This document shows, piece after piece, positions 1 through 12,975 of a stretch of DNA of 64,000 nt. This DNA comes from Hemiscyllium ocellatum (taxonomy: Eukaryota). Under the pieces are notes generated by a model. The model searched no databases and had not been told where the DNA came from. It was given only the letters and a program-made list of their open reading frames with translations. Position 1 is the first letter of the stretch; every line of letters starts with the position of its first letter. The position numbers and the translations under genes are program-made. The stretch lies in the NCBI RefSeq assembly GCF_020745735.1, contig NC_083409.1, forward strand, positions 16,738,303 through 16,802,302, written 5' to 3'.

Positions 1-500
1 AAGATTTACTTAGCTAAAATGCAGCACCTCGCATTTCTCTAAATTAAACTCCATCTGCCACTCTTCAGCTCATTGGACCTGTTGATCAAGATCCCATTGT
101 TATCTGAGGAAACCTTCTTCGCTGTGCACTACACCACCAATTTTGGTTGTCATCTGTAAACTTACTAACTATATCTCCTATATTCACATCCAAATCATTT
201 ATATAAATGACGAAAAATATGGATTCAGCACCAACCCTTGTGGCACTCCACTGGTCACAGACCTCCAGTCAAAAGCAACCCTCCATCACCATCTGCTGTC
301 TTCTACTTTTCAGCCAGTTCTCATACAAATGGCTAGTTCTCCCTGTACTCCATAAGACATAAACCTTGCTAACCCTCCTCCCATTGAACCTTGTTGAATG
401 CCTTATTGAAGTCCACACAGATCCCGTCTAATACTCTGTCCTCACTCAATCCTCTTTGTTACTTCTTCAAAAACTCAATCAAGTTTTTGTAAGACATGAT
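1..500 (-). mobile_element. CR1-type LINE fragment (reverse transcriptase region)
   Basis: Reverse complement reads as degenerate CR1 RT (SKFADDTKI-like and GVPQGSVLG-like segments); similar sequence recurs at about 58000-58450 and 17800-18200. Boundaries approximate. Confidence 0.8.
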
Positions 501-1069
501 TTTGCATGCATTTAGTGGGGATACACAGTGTACATTGTGTCCAGGAGCATCTTGAAAAGATGTCTTTCTCTGTTTCCATTTTCAGCTCCAGGGCTGTCAT
601 GAAGGAGCTGAAAGAATCTTTGGTGATGAAGTTTCTGAACGGTGAGGGCTGTGTGAAGGGTTTCAGCAGTGACTGATGATTGCAGCTCCTTGTTCAGTCT
701 GCTCCTCCCCGCCACTGATCAAGCCATGTAACCTCCTGTCACACTGAGTGACATTGCAATCCATATCATAGTGTCAGTGCCAGCAAACAGCAGCATCACA
801 GTCTGACCCACTGGGACAGGCATCACTGCCTGACATCAAAGAACGGAGCCTGAACCCCCTCCCCCCATGCTCATAAACCCTACAGCATCGAAAATATACT
901 GACACGCAGCCGCTTCTATTAAACACTGACCACCAGAGAACCCCTTCAGAGGTAGAAGTCAGCATCGAGACTGAGAAAGAGGGAGAGATGGGGTGATGCG
1001 AAGACAAAGAGACGGAAAGGGGGAGAGAGAGAGAAAAAAAAGAGAGAGAGAAAGAGAGAGACGGAGAGG

Positions 1070-1350
1070 GAGCCAATTATTGGGAGCCAGCTGTTGTCCA
1101 TGTCTGAGGGAAGGAGTCTTATTCCAATTATGTCAGACCTTGGTGAGGCCGCACCTGCAGCACTGGGTCCAGTTTTGATTTCCTTCCCGATGGAAGGATA
1201 GACTCACCCAGACTCTACTGGAAGGAGTGCAGCAAAGATTCGTGAAGCTGATTCCTGGCATAAGGGGATACTCTGATGAGGCCAAATGGAGTCTATTTGA
1301 CATTACTCCCTGGGGTTTAGTGGAGCAGGTTGGAGGACTGAATGGCCTCC
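1070..1350 (+). mobile_element. CR1-type LINE 3' RT-tail fragment
   Basis: LYQTLVRPHLQHWVQF matches the CR1 LVRPHLEYCVQFW motif. Confidence 0.75.
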
Positions 1351-1959
1351 TGCTGACCCGATTCCTTCTGTTCTGTTGATGGTGTCAGTGTGTGCTGATG
1401 AGAAATGGAGTTCCTCTCTGAAACTGCTCCTGATTTAATGATGGAGCTGGAAGCCAGGAGAAGCTGCAGAAGCTTCAATTTCTAACCAGAAACTGACCAC
1501 TCGACCTCTTGGACACCATGAGCTGGTTTACTGTGCCCAGCACTGACATCCCCCTCCCTCCCTCCCTGACAAGGGTCTGTCTGATTGGATTCTCATTGTT
1601 ATATTTTCCCAGTTCTGGAAGAGACTCCATCCTCTGATCCAGCATCGCCGCACATTCCCAAACCTGAGATCCAGATCCGGAGTGGACCTGTTCCTCTCAA
1701 ATATCAATTCCAATGATGACATTCCACTGGGTTCCTTGCTGCAGGGAAAGGATCAGCCAGGCCATATTCTTCAGCCATGGAGAATAATGATGGGATATTT
1801 GGAGTGTGAGTTTGATGATGTAAATGTGAACCATTGCAGCAAAGACATTACAGATGGTTTGTACAGACAGCAAAACCCAAACCAGAGCATTGTTACAAAT
1901 GACTTTTTCCCAGTGAATGGGTCCATCCTGCTGAGTATTCGATAAAGCTGGGCTTTGGA

Positions 1960-3095
1960 GAAATATTGGGCAGATGGAGTGTAATGTGGGGGATATGAAT
2001 CACAAAGTTAGAACGCAGCTACCGCAAGTGAATCCGGAGGCAGATGGAGTGTTGTTGCTCCTTATAAAGGGAATGCAATCTAAAAGCAGGGACATTTTAC
2101 TGCAGCTGTTAGGGTTAGGGGTTTGGTGAGAGCACATCTGGAATATGGTGTCTAGTATCAGGCTCCTTATTGAAGAAAGGACAGGACCTGCATTGGATGT
2201 AGTTCAGAGATGATTCCCTTGACTGATTCCTGGTATGGAGCGATTGTCTTATGAGCAAAGGTCAAACAGGTTAGGAATCTGATCCCTGGAATTTAGAAGA
2301 ATAAGAGGGAATCTTATTGAAATGTATCAAATCCTTAAGGGGCTTGACAGGGGAAATGCTGGATGTTTCCCTTCATGGGAGAGTAAGGGCGACACAGAAA
2401 ACCACTGGGTAACCACTAGGACAGGATCAGGAACACATGAAGACCAGAAAGCTGAACTGTATCTATTTTAATGTAAGGAGCTTGACTCGTAAGATGGTTG
2501 AACTGAGAGCATTGACCAGCACGTGGGAATGTCTGCAATTGTTGCAATTGCTGAGACATGATTGAAGAAAGATAGGACTGGCAGCTCAACATTCCAGGGT
2601 AGAGAAGTCTCAGGTGGGATAGAGGGAATGCAAGAGTGGTGTGTGTATTGCATTATTGATAAAGGAGACCATCACTGCAAGATTGAAGGAGCATTTCTTG
2701 GAAGGCTCTTCAAATGAGGCCATCTGGGTAAAGGTAGAAATAACAAAAGGACAATCACTTTGCTGAGATTATACTACAGGCCTCCCAATTGTCAGATGGA
2801 GAGAAAGGAGCAGATATGTTGGTAAATCACAGAGAGGTGTGAGAGGAATAGGGTTATATTAGTGGGGAATTTCAACTTCTCTAGCATGAACTGGGATTGC
2901 CTTTGTGTGAATGGTAGAAATTTTAAAGCCCACAGGAGAGCTTTTGGTGCCAGTACATCGGTAGTCCCTCTAAACATGGGCAGTGCTGGACTCAATCCTT
3001 GGTAATGAAGCCAGTCAAATGGTTGAAGAGTCAGTGGGTGAGCATTTTGGAGATAGTGAACATACGTCCGTAAGATTCATAGTTATTATGGAAAG
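1960..3095 (+). mobile_element. CR1-type LINE fragments (RT tail 1960-2400; endonuclease 2430-3095)
   Basis: LVRAHLEYGV-like motif, then APE motifs (AIAETWLK, YYRPPN, VILVGNFNFSSMNW, LDSILGNE, FGDSEH). Confidence 0.75.
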
Positions 3096-3460
3096 GAGGA
3101 AGGGTCATCCCCATCTCCATTATACTCACTACTTGACAAATCTGTACATGACACGATGGTTCCTCAAATACTGGGAGAGGAATTAAGGATACTGTTTTGT
3201 ATTGAGGTTTACCTACAACTTGACAAGTAGGACAGGTTTTATAAAACTGCACCACATCTTTATCCAATTGTAGCTCAGTAAAATGCCTGTTTCTGGATGC
3301 CAATGTTTTCCAAATCCCCATGTGATCTGCCATGGGAGTCTCATGTGCTCCTTGAACTAGTTCCCTCTGATAGCTGGGTGGGACCACTAGCCAATGTCTA
3401 ACCAACCATTCTTCATCTAGGGGTCCATGAGGCGGTCTCCACTTCCTCATCAGCACTCTG
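3095..3460 (-). mobile_element. Gypsy LTR retrotransposon integrase zinc-binding fragment
   Basis: ORF 3031..3456 has LMRKWRP...AHETPMADHMG...KTCPTCQVVGKP...FEEP, the HHCC region preceding the Gypsy integrase core. Confidence 0.85.
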
Positions 3461-3649
3461 TTCTGAAGCTAACCATGGTGGCACGGGGGCTCAGTGGTTA
3501 GCACTGCTACCTCACCGTCTCAAACTCAGTAGATGTTTGTCCAGGCTGTTTCTGTAAGTTCTGAAACATCTGTCTGTATGTTTCTGGGACTGACACAATA
3601 AAAAAAAAACCAACAGAAACAGGCCAACATAACAGAGGGCTTCCATGTT

Positions 3650-4000
3650 GGAGAATCAGTTGATTGAACCAAGTCAGAGTAATTGGAGATCTCCTGTAAC
3701 ATTGGTTCCTGAACCAAACTGTTCAATTTGATTCTGTGTAGACTCTAAGAAAGTGAATATAGTCCCAAAGCCAGATTCATTCCCTATTCCCAGACGAGAA
3801 GATTGCATAGATAAGATTGGAAGTGTATTATTCTTTCCTAAAATTGATTTGTGAAACGGGTGTTGATAAGACCTCATTGATAACTAGAACTATGTGAGTT
3901 TCTGCCTCTCTTACACCTTCAGGATTATACCCAATTGCCATTTGAACTTAAGTGTGCGCCAGTCACATTTGAATGATTTTCGTGAAAGTGAACAAGGTCA
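3650..4000 (+). mobile_element. Gypsy LTR retrotransposon RT fragment
   Basis: CVDSKKVNIVPKPDSFPIPRREDCIDKIG resembles the Gypsy RT CxDYRKVNxxTKxDSYPIPRxDDCIDxxG motif; stops present. Confidence 0.75.
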
Positions 4001-4344
4001 CACTTCCCCACATTACACTTCAAAGCCCAGCTGTATCTAATATTCAGCAGGATGGACCTTCACTGGGAAACAGCCATTTGTAATGAGAATAATGACACAT
4101 CTCTGAGAATCACATTAATAATTGTTTTTATTGAAGCTTTCATTAGTTCTGTGTTGATTGACACAATGCTCTGGTTTGGGCTTTGCTGTCTGTACAAACC
4201 ATCTGTAATGTCTTTGCTGCAATGGTTCACATTTACATCATCAAGCTTACACGCCAAATATCCCATCATTGTTCTCTGTGGGATTCACTGGCATTGGCTC
4301 AGATTGGGCACCCAGCAGCTCTGAATGAGGGAGGGATGGAGCTC

Positions 4345-4375
<31 letters not shown>

Positions 4376-4519
4376 TGGGAGCTTTGAGAGAGAGGGAGAT
4401 GGAGCTTGTAGAGAGAAAAGAGGGATTAAAATCAGAGTAAGATCCATGCAGCTGAGGTAGAGAGGGAGGAGGAGGATACAGCGAGAGAGAGAGAGATGGA
4501 GTTCAAGGAGTTGTATATC

Positions 4520-7500
4520 AAAGATAAATTATACTCTGTTAAAGACTGCCCTGGTTGAATGCTGTATGACTCTCTGACTCTGTCGACACTGTCTACAATG
4601 CTGCCAAACTTTGTGTTATAAGCAAACTGAAATATCTGACTTTCTGTGCCATTATCCAAGTCATTGATAAATAATGTAACTAACTGAGTTGTGAGCACAC
4701 ATTCCTATTGGACACGTCACATCCTGCCGATTTCAGCACTTACCCATTATCCCTATTTTCGGTCACCTGTCACTCAACCAGCATTCCAATGTGCCAGTAT
4801 TTTAGCCTCAATTCTGTGGACATTTATCGAAGTTGACGTTTTCTTACATAGGACACTATCAAATGTCTTCTGGAAGTCCCAATAAACAACATCCATTGAC
4901 ATTACTGTGTCCAATACGTTAGTCTCCTCTTCAAAAAAGTTCAATGAGGTTTTTCACCATGACCACCTTGTCATGAATCCATGCTGACTCTCCCTGAATA
5001 ACTGACCATTTTCAAAGTCTTCAGTTACCCCCATCCTTGATTATAGACTTCAACAATTTCCACATTACAAACGCTGGCTGAGTGACCTGTAATTCCCTGG
5101 ATTTTCTCTCAAATCCTTGTTAAACGTGAAGTGACGTTTGCAAATTTCCAAGCCAAAGGTACGACTCCTGTATCCAGGGAACTCTGAAAGATTATAGTCA
5201 GAGTGTCTACAATGTGGTCTGTTGCTACCTTTATCACCCTCAGATGGAGAATATCAGATCCTGAGGGATTGTCACTCTTCATTTTCATTATTTTCCTCAT
5301 TACAGATGTTTTTCTGGCATTAATTTTATTCAGTCCCTGTCCCTAATCCCCGTTAATTCTTTTGGGACTTCAGGCAAGTCCTCCTCCTTTTCTACTGCAA
5401 ATCTTGAGGTAAAGTATTTATTTAACATGGCTGTCATTTCCCCATTGTCACTGACAATATCCCCCACTTTCAGTCTTTAATACCAACATTGCTCCTGACC
5501 TCCCAGATTCCCTTTTATGGAACTGAAACATTTCTCCTTATTGATTTTGATATCCCTTACGTGTTTCCTTTCAGAATCCCTTTTGGTAGCTCTTCGAAGC
5601 TGCTTTGTGGCCCTTTGTATCTTTCCCATTCAGCAGATGATGTCATTTTACTTGCTTTTTTGTAAGCCCTTGTTTTAGTTTTATTCTTTCCCTAATCTCC
5701 TTTATTGTCCATTGCTGTTTGTTCGAAGAAGTGGAGCTTTCCCGTCTCAGGTATAAACTGGTTTTGTTTTATGTTGAATGTTTCTTTAAACATCCCCCAC
5801 TGTTCTTCAGTTGTTTTACCCATGAGCAGATTTTCCCAGTTTACTGTGGACAGTCTCTGTCGCATCTCGTTAAAGTCGGCCCTTACCTTAATCTCAAACT
5901 CTAGCAGCTGATTCATGCTGTTTACTTTCAAATGTGACACTGAACTCGATCATGTTATGATCACTATTTGATAAATGTTCATGTACAAGTAGTTACCAAC
6001 TAAATCTGGTTCATTATTCATTACTAATTCCAATATTGTTTGTCCCTTGTTGTATCCAGGACCTATTGCTTTTGGTAACTATTCCGGATACCCTCCAGAA
6101 ATTCACTACCTTTCTGACAGAGGGCTTGTCTCTCTCCTAATCTAAGTTAAAATTAAACTTCCCCATTAATAATACACTGGCTTTGCTGCACACTTGCCTA
6201 ATTCCTACATTTATACAATCCAGCACCTCAGAGCTGCTGCCAGGGGGGGTCTGTATCCAACATCTATTACAGTTTTAGATCCTTTCCTGCTTCTCAGTTC
6301 CACTGAATGCTTTCCCCTCATTTTAACCTCCCTCACCATTGAAGTAATTTTGTTTCTAATGAATAAAGCTGCTCCACCTCTTCTGTCATTTCCCCAAGCC
6401 CATCCTGTGAACCTTCTAACCCGATATATTTAGTTCCCAATCTTAACTATTCTGCAAATATGTCTCAGTAATTGATCCTACAGCATAATCTTAAATTTGA
6501 ATTTGTGCCCGCAGATTATTGTATTTATTCCTTACGCTCCGTGCATTCATATATAGAACTCTCATTTGGTCCATTCACTGGAATCTGTTCCTCAGCACTG
6601 ATACTGTATTCATCTCTTTCTTATTTCTCTCTATCTGTTTAATCAATATCCTTCTGATAGCTTTCCTGATATTGCCCAAATAGGACCTTTAGCCTATGTT
6701 GCCAATGTTGTTGGTCTCAACACGACAACAACTGGATCCTCCTCCCCGCCCCCACTCCAATATCCTTTCAAGCTGGTTCGAGATGCCCCTTACCTGAGCA
6801 CCAGGCAGGCAACACACCATGTGGGACTCTCAATCCTGCTCACAAAGGATGCTATCAGTCCCCCTCATTATCAAATCCTCCTCTTTCCTTTGTGCTCCCC
6901 CAGTCTGAATGGCCTCCTGGACCATGATGCATGTTTTCATTCATTCATTCATAGGATATGGGCATCTCTGACCAAGCCAATATTTACTGCCCATAGGGCA
7001 GTTAACAGACAACCACATGGAATCGTACAATCATAGGGGAAATGAGGAAACTGGTGAAGTCGCGTCTCTTTCAGTACATGGTTGAAGAGCTCATTTCCCT
7101 CCCTCCACCTTACCCCAGTTCCAACCTTCCAGATCAGCATTGTCCTCATGACTTGTCCTACCTGCCAATCTCCCTTCCCACCTATCTGCTGCACCCTCCC
7201 CTCTGACCTATCACCTCCATCCCCACCCCATTCACCTATTGTACTTTTTGCTACCTTCTCCCTAAACACGCCCCTCCCCACCCACCACCTCCATTTATCT
7301 CTCCACACTGGAGAGTCCCTGCCTCTATTCCTGATGAAGGGCTTTTGCTCAAAATGTCAATTTTCTTGCCCTCAGATGCTGCGTGACCTGCAATGCTTTT
7401 CCAATACCACTCTGATTTAAACTCTGGTTTCCAGCATCTGCAGTCCTCACTTTTGCCTAGTTGAAATCGGATATCCCCCAGTTTACACGTTTAATTTTTG

Positions 7501-7980
7501 CTTCATCTTTATCTCTTTACATGATGACTTTGAAACTTACAGAGTTATGGTCATTATCACCAAAATGCTTACACTAGGTTTGCCCATTCTCCAAACAAAC
7601 ATTTCCCTCACTGACACAGGGAGCATGTACCTCATTCCTGTTGGAGAATGAGCTGAGACTCCTGCAATACTACATTCAGGCTGCATCGACCTGCTCACTT
7701 ATCGTCACACCCTCCTGTCCCTAACCACTGACTATAATTTGAAGTATTTAACCTACAAGGTATGACTGCCTCCCCAAACACAGTGTCCAGGTAACTCGCC
7801 TCCTCCCCTATGTGTCGCAGTGTTTGAAGCTCAGATTCCAGCTCATCAACTCTGAGCTGGAGTGCCTTGAGCAACCAACACTTGCTGTAGATGTGGTCAC
7901 TCTGAGCTACAATGGGCTCCACCAGCTTCCCCATCGTACAATTACTACACATCGCCCGGCCCTGTATGTGGGAATTATTT
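4520..7980 (-). mobile_element. Near full-length degenerate CR1 LINE (ORF1 + ORF2) interrupted by a Penelope-like insertion
   Basis: RT motifs 4520-5300 (LFINDLD, KFANVT), endonuclease about 5900-6400, ORF1 esterase-like region 6650-6850, and ORF1 Cys/leucine-zipper N-terminus in ORF 7695..7952 (CSNC...LQLRVDELESELQTLRHI). Confidence 0.8.
7030..7460 (+). mobile_element. Penelope-like element 3' end/pLTR with decayed hammerhead motif
   Basis: C-rich PLE tail followed by CCTGATGAAGGGCTTTTGCTCAAAATGTC (CpG-decayed version of the motif at 51448) and the cagcatctgcagtcctcactttt terminus. Confidence 0.7.
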
Positions 7981-8269
7981 GAGGAGTTTTTAATGTTTTT
8001 TAAAAAATTGCTGTTAGTCTTTAATTTTTAATCTGTAAAATATTCCCATCAATGAGACAGAGAAGGCTCCAGCTCAGAAGGAGGCTCTTCAGCCACTCAT
8101 GTCAGTGCTAGCGGTTTAGTAACCTCATTCACAATGAACATCTCCGTTGAATGTTTGTTGTCAGGAAGTGATTGAGTCTGGTTTTAGAGACAGAATAACG
8201 GACAAATATGAACTGGTCTGAGAGAATCAGCATGGATTTACAAAGGTTCAGACATTGAAGGTTCAATAT

Positions 8270-8550
8270 AGTGGCTCAGTGGTTAGCACTGCTGCCTCAC
8301 AGCACCAGGGGCCCAGGTTCAATTCCAGCCTCGGATGTGTGTAGAGCTTATACATTCTCCCTGTGTCTGCGTGGGTTTCCTCCCACAGTGTAAAAATGTG
8401 CAGGTCAGGTGAATTGGCCATTCTAAATTGCCCACCGTGTTAGGTGCATTAGTTCCGAGGGAAATGGGTCTGGGTGGGTTTCTCTTCGGAGGGTCAGCGT
8501 GGACTTGTTGGTCCACAGGGTCTGTTTCCACACTGTAGGGAATCTGATCG
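8270..8550 (+). mobile_element. tRNA-derived V-SINE (HE1-like)
   Basis: Box A GTGGCTCAGTGG, box B GGTTCAATTCC and V-domain gtgtctgcgtgggtttcctccc...gaattggcc; many copies in the window. Confidence 0.85.
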
Positions 8551-10399
8551 AATCTTTAACTAACGAGGTTACACATTGTTAGGAGGTCCCTAATGTGGGA
8601 TTTAAGGGAATGTCGATGGCTATTGACCATAGGGAATTCCAGAAGACATTTAAGAACATTCCACAAAAGAAACATGGAATCAGATCTTGCGCTCCACAAT
8701 TACTTGATGAAGGAGCACCGCTCAGAAAGCTGGTGTTTCCAAATAAACCTGTTGGACTACAATCTGGTGTTCTGTGATTTTTAACTTTGTACACGACAGT
8801 CCAACACTGGCACCTCCAAATCATGGAATCGGTTGGAATTTGAGAAATGTATTTACCTTGTGTCAGAAATGGGTCCGTCTAGGAGACAGAGAGGAAGGAT
8901 AATGTGTATGTGTTCCAATGAGCCAGATGTGAGTAGTGGTGTTGCCAGGGATCTGTGCTGGGATCTCATCTTTTCACGATATTTCTCAATGACTTGGATG
9001 AAGAAACAGAGAGCCATATATCCAAGATTGCTAACCACACTGAGGTGGCTTGGAGGAGGTCACAGAGATAGGGAGGATGGAAGGACAGGGAGCGGTTTAA
9101 GAACAAGGATGAGAATTTGAAAATCAAGGTGTTGCTGGACCAGGAGCTGATGTCGGTCAGTGAGGATTGTGGTGGTCATGGTGGGACGGAAGATAGGGAC
9201 GGGGGTGTGGGGTGGACTTGGTGTGAGTTGGAACAACGATAGCAGAGTTTGGGATGAGCTGATATTTACGGAAGGCAGTGGCTGTGACGTGGGCCTGGAT
9301 AACATTGGAATTGTCACATTTGGAGTCTCAAAAACATGGTTGAGATTTTCAGTGGCTGATAATTGTGATGTGGAGGACTTGGGCCTCAAATCAGCCTCAA
9401 AGATGAGGCCAAAGTTATAAAGAGCCTGGTTGAGCAGCAGACAGTGCTCAGGGAGAGGGATGGAGCTTGTACCAGGAGCTGAAGAGGATGGCTTTGATCT
9501 TCCTAATGTGTTTCCCAGTGAGCCTGGCTCCTCAGTCCTGACTGCTCTTAGCTGCTGTGATTGTCACTGATCGGACACAAATTATTAGAGATTCTGACCA
9601 CAGCAGAAAGCCCCAGTGTAAAAAATAACTGCAAAGACTGTCAGATCGCAAGGTTGAAACTTCACCAAGAGAGGAAGTGAAAGAAGGAGCTCGGAGCAGC
9701 TGGGTATTTGTTACTGAGATGGGAGAAAACTGTGAACCATCTGCTCTCCCTGGAATCTGACAGCACAGGAGGCGGCCATTCAGCCCATCATGCCTTGGAA
9801 TTACTCAATTAGCCCCATTGCTCTCTCCCCATAACTCAGCAAATCTTTCCTTTACAGCTCAATCTCCAATTCCCTCTTATGGACCTCATGTCCACAGAGT
9901 GATACTGCTCTGAAGCTGGGCTTCAAATTGGCATCTCATACATTCATTGGGAGACAAACTGCCTGGGCTGGGAAATGGAGCTCAGGATCTTGAACATTCC
10001 CTCTCCCCTCCTGAGGAACACTTCATTTGGTTTTAAGTATTCACTCATGGGAAGTGTTCCCATGTATCTGCTGCTCTTGTTCTAAATGGACGTGGACGTG
10101 GGTTTAGGAGGGAAGCATAAGGACTGTAAATCTGAGACAAAAATAGAAATTGCTGGAAAAGCTCAGCAGGTCTGGCAGCATCTGTGAAGAGAAATCAATG
10201 TTAACATTTTGTGCTCTGATTTCTCTCCACAGATGCTGCCAGATCTGCTGAGCTTTTTGTGCAATTTCTATTTTCCCATATGGGTTTGGAAGGTGCTATC
10301 TGAGGATCTTTGGTGAGTTTCTGCTGAGCATCTGATCAATAATACACACTGCTGCTATGGAGCACTGGTGGGAGTGGATGCTTTGTGGATGTGATGCCA

Positions 10400-11890
10400 A
10401 TCAAGGAGGCTGCTTGGCTCTGGATGGTATCAAGCTTTCTGAGTGGATAAGAATGACATAGGATATGATAGACATAGACAGGAATGGATTAGGGGGATAT
10501 GGGCCAAATGCAGGCAAATGAGACTCGTTCACTTCAGAAAACCTGGTCAGAATATAGAAGTTTGGCTTAAGGGTTTGTTTCTGTGCTGCATGATGCTGTG
10601 ACACCATTATTCTATGAATGTTGTTGGAGCTGTACCTATCCAGGCAGGTGGGGAGTATTCGATCACACTCCTGACTTGGTTGACAGGCTTTGGAGGAATC
10701 AGGAGGTGAGTTACTCGATACAGTATTCCTCGCCTCTAACCTGCTCATGTAATCACTGTGTTTCTGGGTGAGTCCAGTTGAGTTTCTGGTCAATAGTACC
10801 TCAGAATGTTGATAGTGGGGATTCAGTGATGGTAATAGCATTGACTGTCAAGGGACGATGGCTAGATTGTCTATTATTGGTGATGGTCATTGGCTGGTAT
10901 TTGCAAGGCACCAATCGAAAATATTGCTTCTCAGATGAAATTGGATATTGTGCAGATATTGCTGCAATCGAACATGGACTGTTTCAGTATATGAGATGTT
11001 GAGATTGTGCACTCATTGGCAATGCTCCCTATTCATGATCATTGCCTTGAGTTGCAATATCTGTTTGGAGTCTGTCCTATTTAGCACGGTGATAGTACCA
11101 CACAACACAATGGAGGGTATTCTCAATGTGAAGGTCAAACTTTGTTTCTACAAGGACTGTGTTATGGTCACTCTTACCAATACTGTCAAGGACAGATGCA
11201 TCTACAGCCACAAGATTGGTGAGGATGGGGGTCAAGTACGTTTTTCCATCTGTTTGGTTCCTTCACCACCAGCTGCAGAGCCAGTCCCTCAGCTACACCC
11301 ATTAGGAACCAACCAACTCGATCAGTAATGCTGCTGCCAAGCCACTCTCAGTGGTGGACATTGAAACCGCCCCCACCACCCAAAGTACATTCTGTGCTGT
11401 CATCACCCTCAGTGCTTCCTCCAAATGTTGTTCAACATGGAGGAGAGACTGATTCATCAGCCGAGGGAGCAAGATATCTTGTAATCACCAGGAGGTTTCC
11501 TCGCCCATGTTTAGGCTGGAGTCATGAGACTTCATGGGGTCTGGAATCAACTTTGAGGCCTCTCAGGGTAACTCCCTCCTGGCTGTAGACCACTGTGTCA
11601 TCAGCTCTGCTGGGTTTGCCTTTCTGTGGGACAGGATACATGCAGGGACAGTGATGGTGGTGTCTGGGACATTGTCTGTAAGGTATGGTTCTGTGAGTAT
11701 GGCTGTGTCAAGCTGTTGCTTGACTAGTCTGTGAGACAGCTCTCCTGAATTTGGCACTTCCTCCCAGATGTCAGTAAGGAGGATGGAGCAGGTATGTCAA
11801 TACCTTTACTGTCTCTGCATCGATGCCTGTGGTCCGTCCGGTTTCATTTCTTTGTTGAGAGGTCGTCACAATTGATACAATTGAGAGCCT
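10400..11890 (-). mobile_element. L2/CR1-group LINE fragments (endonuclease and RT pieces)
   Basis: ORF 11563..11757 LVKQQLDTAILTEPYLTDNVPDTTITVP...SHR is an APE N-terminus; RT-tail pieces at 10400-10900. Confidence 0.65.
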
Positions 11891-12624
11891 TGCTGGGCCA
11901 TTTCACAGGGCAATAGAGAGTCAACCACATTGCTGGGGGACAGTGCCAAGGATCCCAACATCACATTCTGACCTCCCCGACTTTCCCATTCTGTATGTGG
12001 AAGGCTGAAGCCTGCCAGCAGGATATTCAACTACAGGAGCTTTCACAGCCTCTGGACAATTCTGTCCCCACATTAATTCAACACAAATGTTGAATTCACA
12101 TCGCACCTTCAATATCCAAAACATTCCAAGATGGTTCACAAAGTTGCAGTAAGAGGGATGGGGGAGAGGGTGGAGGAACATAAGAACTAGGAGCAGGAGC
12201 AGGCAATTCAGCCCCTCAAGCCCACTCCACCATTTAATACAATCATGGCTGATCCCATCTCAGACTCAACTCCACTTTCCTGCTCACTCTCCATCATCCT
12301 TTAACCCATTACTCATTAAATATCTGTTCATCTCCTCCTTGGTGTGAGACAGGGAAGGGACCACTCCATTTCAGACAGTTGGGCTTTATGGAGCGGGTGG
12401 AAGGAAGGTGGGAGAGGACATCAGGATTATGGAGTTAGGAGGTGGGATGAACAGGAATAATGAACAGGAATGTGTACAGGAAGGATGGAGAAAGAAGAAA
12501 GAATAGATAAGAAACAAGGGGCTGACGTAGTGCAGAGAGACAATGTTGTGGAGATAGAAAAGAGGCCCACGTGATGGAGAGGATGTGCGGTTTGAAGCTC
12601 AGATACTGAAGGGTGCAGTGGCAT

Positions 12625-12975
12625 GGAAGCCCATGTTGACTGGTCTCTATTGGAGGATCAGTGGGAACAGGATGCATGCCTACTGGTCTCTATTGTAAAG
12701 TTCAGGGGAAAGAAGGCCCTAGTTTACTGGCCTCAACTGAAGTATCTTGTGAGATGGTGACCCATGTTTACTGGAGTCTATTGGAGCATCCAGTGGGCTG
12801 TGGGCCTGTGATTACTGGTGTCTATTGAAAGGCCCAGTGTAATGGAGGTCCATGTTTACTGATATGTATTGGATGATCCAATGGTATGGAGATCCATATA
12901 TACTGGTCTCTGCTGGACATCCATTGGGAAGGAGGCCTATGTTTACTGGTCTCCATTGGAGAGTCCCAGTGGGTC
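12625..12975 (+). repeat. Degenerate 43-44 bp tandem repeat, about 8 units
   Basis: Recurrent core ccatgtttactggtctctattgga at about 12631, 12675, 12717, 12762, 12806, 12849, 12893 and 12937. Confidence 0.8.

Noticed and set aside
9599-9626. Cryptic 12-RSS-like CACAGCA-12-GTAAAAAAT
   Set aside because: Only 5/7 and 5/9 matches, with no adjacent gene segment.
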